Of a stretch of DNA of 64,000 nt, positions 61,073-64,000 are shown in pieces (the stretch's first letter is position 1; the number at the start of each line of letters is the position of its first letter). A program made the position numbers and the translations under genes. The stretch spans positions 34,038,001 to 34,102,000 of the forward strand of contig NC_082710.1 of assembly GCF_030144855.1 (NCBI RefSeq), written 5' to 3'. This DNA comes from Hypanus sabinus (taxonomy: Eukaryota). A model generated the notes under the pieces. It searched no databases. It worked only from the letters and a program-made list of their open reading frames with translations, and was not told the DNA's origin.

Positions 61073-61630
61073 TGCATCAATAAAGTTACAGATTTGCAGT
61101 ACCCCAAAGACGACTCATTCACCCAGTAATTTGACATACCATAGGCACTCTCCCTAATAAGGGAAAAAGAAGGGTCTCTGTTTCACAGTGAGAGGGGAGA
61201 CATAACAAAACACTTGCTGATTTATGGAGTTAAAAGTCTGTTGTGTCACTTTGTCAGAGCTCTGTGCCCAAAGATCTTGGTTCTCTGGGTACACAGCCAG
61301 CAGCCAGCTCGTTGCTTACGATCTTCCGTCTCTCATGACACACCAATTTTCTGTAGGCACTGGCCTCAAATCCGCCCACCTCCAGAGCCATGAAAATCCG
61401 GCACCCTGTAGGCGCACTAGTCTTCTAGGCCGCGTCCTTGGCATATCAACAAGTGGACAGTAGTGAGACCCCCAAGAGCAGGTCCCATTTCCACAAAGAA
61501 TCTAAGTTAGCATGTAACTCCAGGTCAGGGCCTTCAAAAGAACCCTGAAAAGGGAAAAAAAGAGATATTGAAGATAGAAATAGAGCTGTTTCCAAAGATG
61601 CAAGCAAAAGAGTCGCCATTAGGTGCCATG
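61073..61630 (-). mobile_element. Non-coding interspersed repeat (ATGGCACC-headed, LINE 5'-UTR-like)
   Basis: The minus strand begins CATGGCACCTAATGGCGACTC followed by a pyrimidine-rich tract, similar in layout to the head of 54737. Confidence 0.45.
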
Positions 61631-62149
61631 CCCTCGATATCTTTTATACTTACATTTAATCTAATTTATAGCTAGATTAAAGATTAGCTTTATTTGTTAC
61701 TTGTACATTGAAACATGCAGTGAAATGTATTGTTTGCATCGATGACCAACACAATCTGTGATGTGCTTTGGGCAGCCCACAAGTATTGCCATGCTTCGAG
61801 TGCTAATATAGTGTGCCTGCAACTTTCTAACACTTAACCCATAAGTCTTTGAATGTGTGAAGAAACGGAGCACCCAGAAGAAATTCTCTCATGTGCAGAA
61901 CATACAAGCTCCGTACAAACAGTGGCGGGAATTGAACCCGACCTTATAGCTGGCACTGTAAAGCATTTTGCTAACCACAACACCACTGTGCCTTATTGCT
62001 CTACTGACAGATCCTCAGAAAATCAGAACAGCTGAGGGAAACCTCACAGCCACAGGAAAACATAATGCAAATTCTATACTGACAACAACAGAAGTTAGGA
62101 TTGAGCTTTGGTTCTGCTAGGATGATCAGCTCTGTCCCTATGCCATCTA

Positions 62150-62855
62150 GGTGATCTTGTGTGTTCTTGTACATCAGTTAATGAAAGCAAGCATGCAGGT
62201 ACATCAGGCATTGAAGAAAGCTAATGGCATGCTGGCCTTTATAACAAGAGGAATTGAGTATAGGAGTAAAGAGGTCCTTCTGCAGCTGTACAGGGCCCTG
62301 GTGAGACCCCACCTGGAGTATTATGTGCAGTTTTGGTCTCCAAATTTGAGGAAGGACATTCTTGCTATTGAGGGAGTGCAGCGTAGGTTCACAAGGTTAA
62401 TTCCTGGAATGGCTGGACTGTTAAATGTTGAAAGATTGGAGCGACTGGGCTTGTATGCACTGGAATTTAGAAGGATGAGAGGGGATCTGATTATTAAGGG
62501 ATTGGACACGCTGGAGGCAGGAAGCATGTTCCCGCTGATGGGTGAGTCCAGAACTTGAGGCCACAGTTTAAGAATAAGGGGTAGGCCATTAGAACAGAGA
62601 TGCGGAAAAACTTTTTCATCCAGAGAGTGGTGGATATGTGAAATGCTCTGCCCCAGAAGGCAGTGGAGCCAAGTCTCTGGACGCTTTCAAGAGAGAGTTA
62701 GATAGAGCTCTTATAAATAGCGGGGTCAAGGGATATGGGGAGAAGGCAGGAACGGGGTACTGATTGTGCATGATCAGCCATGATCATAGTGAATGGCAGT
62801 GCTGGCTAGGAGGGCCGAATGGCCTATTCCTGCACCTACTGTCTATTGTCTATTG
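62150..62855 (+). mobile_element. Relatively young CR1 3' fragment
   Basis: ORF 62151-62558, KANGMLAFITRGIEYRSKEVLLQLYRALVRPHLEYYVQFWSP; tail (TGTCTAT)n. Confidence 0.92.
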
Positions 62856-63631
62856 CCATTCTCTCCTCTTTTTCTCTTAGACTGAAGAGATTATAAACCC
62901 ACTCTATGATTATTGTTCATGTAATCTTTATCTGTTTACTTTTCCTCTTAGAACAATGATTCCATGTCTGGAATTAATCTGGTGAACCTCTAGGGTACTT
63001 CCTATGTTCCTGTGTCTTCCCTCAGGTCAAGAGTCTTGACCGGAGCCATGCACAGTGTTTCTGATGTTATCTTTACAGGTGTTACAAGGCTTATTTGCTC
63101 TTGCACTCAAATTCTCTTGCAATAATTGCAAACTGCTTGGGGAATAGGCCTGTATGCCATTTGCCTTCCTCAATACTTGTTGTATGTGTATATCATAGTA
63201 TCTTCTGCACAAAAACAGGGTCTCTCTCAACAGCAAACGATTTCAGAATCACACCATTTAAATATAAATAAAATATAATTTTCTACCAAAGTAAAGCATA
63301 TTATTTCCCATTTCTCCACTCTATTTTCTATCTGCCATTCTCCTAACCTTTCCCATTGTTTGTGTATCTATTTACTTCATTAAAACAATCCAATCATTGC
63401 CTTCAACTAACTGTCTCTCCTTTATTAATCTAAGCTTCTATTACAGTTTTGTTTCTTAAAAACTCCTTGCCTAACAACTAACTTAGTAGTAGTAGTTGGG
63501 TATGTCCCTGAATTTTGTTTTCAAGAGAGAGTTACAATTACCATTCTCCAGTCCTATACCATTTTCACTCTGCCTTGAGATTGGAAGACTCAGGCTAGGA
63601 CTACTGCAGCCTTGCTACCAGCTCTCTTAGT

Positions 63632-64000
63632 ATTCAGGGCCCCAAACAGTCATTCCCAGTGAGGCAACACTTCACTTGTGAGTCTGTTGGGGTCATCTAT
63701 TGCATCCGGTGCTCCCGGTGTGGCCTCCTCTACATTGGCGACACCCGACGCAGATTGGGGAACCGCTTCGTCAAGCACCTCCGCTCCGTCAAGCACCTCC
63801 GCTCCGTCCGCCACTACAAACGGGATCTCCCGGTTGCCACCCACTTCAACTCTGTTTCACATTCCCATTCGGATATGTCCATACATGGCCTCCTCTACTG
63901 CCATGATGAGGCCAAACTCAGGTTGGAGGAGCAACGCCTTATATACCGTCTGGGTAGTCTCCAGCCCCTTGGCACGAACATCAAATTCTCCAACTTCCAG
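63632..64000 (+). mobile_element. Young Penelope-like element, GIY-YIG endonuclease region (runs off the window)
   Basis: Open frame without stops: FTCESVGVIYCIRCSRCGLLYIGDTRRRLGNRFVKH...VATHFNS...RLEEQRLIYRLGSLQPLGTN. CpGs retained. Confidence 0.93.

Overview
Vertebrate nuclear DNA, very rich in transposable elements. The repeat families (CR1/HER1-like LINEs, V-SINE/HE1-like SINEs, Penelope-like elements, Rex1/Babar, R4/Dong, Tc1/mariner MITEs, solo LTRs) point to a cartilaginous fish, probably a ray (inference). Two host genes are supported, both on the + strand. (1) A complete 13-exon annexin A1-like gene: TATA promoter at 34729, non-coding exon 1, CDS 36651-48858 in 12 coding exons, 338 aa, polyA signal at 48966. 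It mixes ANXA1-type and ANXA2-type residues. (2) The first coding exon of MFSD3 (59125-59794), preceded by a 4-codon uORF and a CpG-rich promoter near 56 kb that may also fire a divergent, spliced, TCT-initiated transcript. The first ~34 kb is intergenic and made largely of nested elements. The most notable non-genic signals are: an intact minimal hammerhead-ribozyme motif and an 82-bp-arm fold-back insertion derived from Penelope-like elements; two head-to-tail R4/Dong LINEs, the second inserted at the TAA tail of the first; a SINE tail occupying the branch-point zone of annexin exon 8; and a clustered AP-1 enhancer candidate. There are no prokaryotic features or CRISPR arrays, and no tRNA/rRNA genes were seen. 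Repeat boundaries were read by eye and are approximate unless target-site duplications (TSDs) are quoted.
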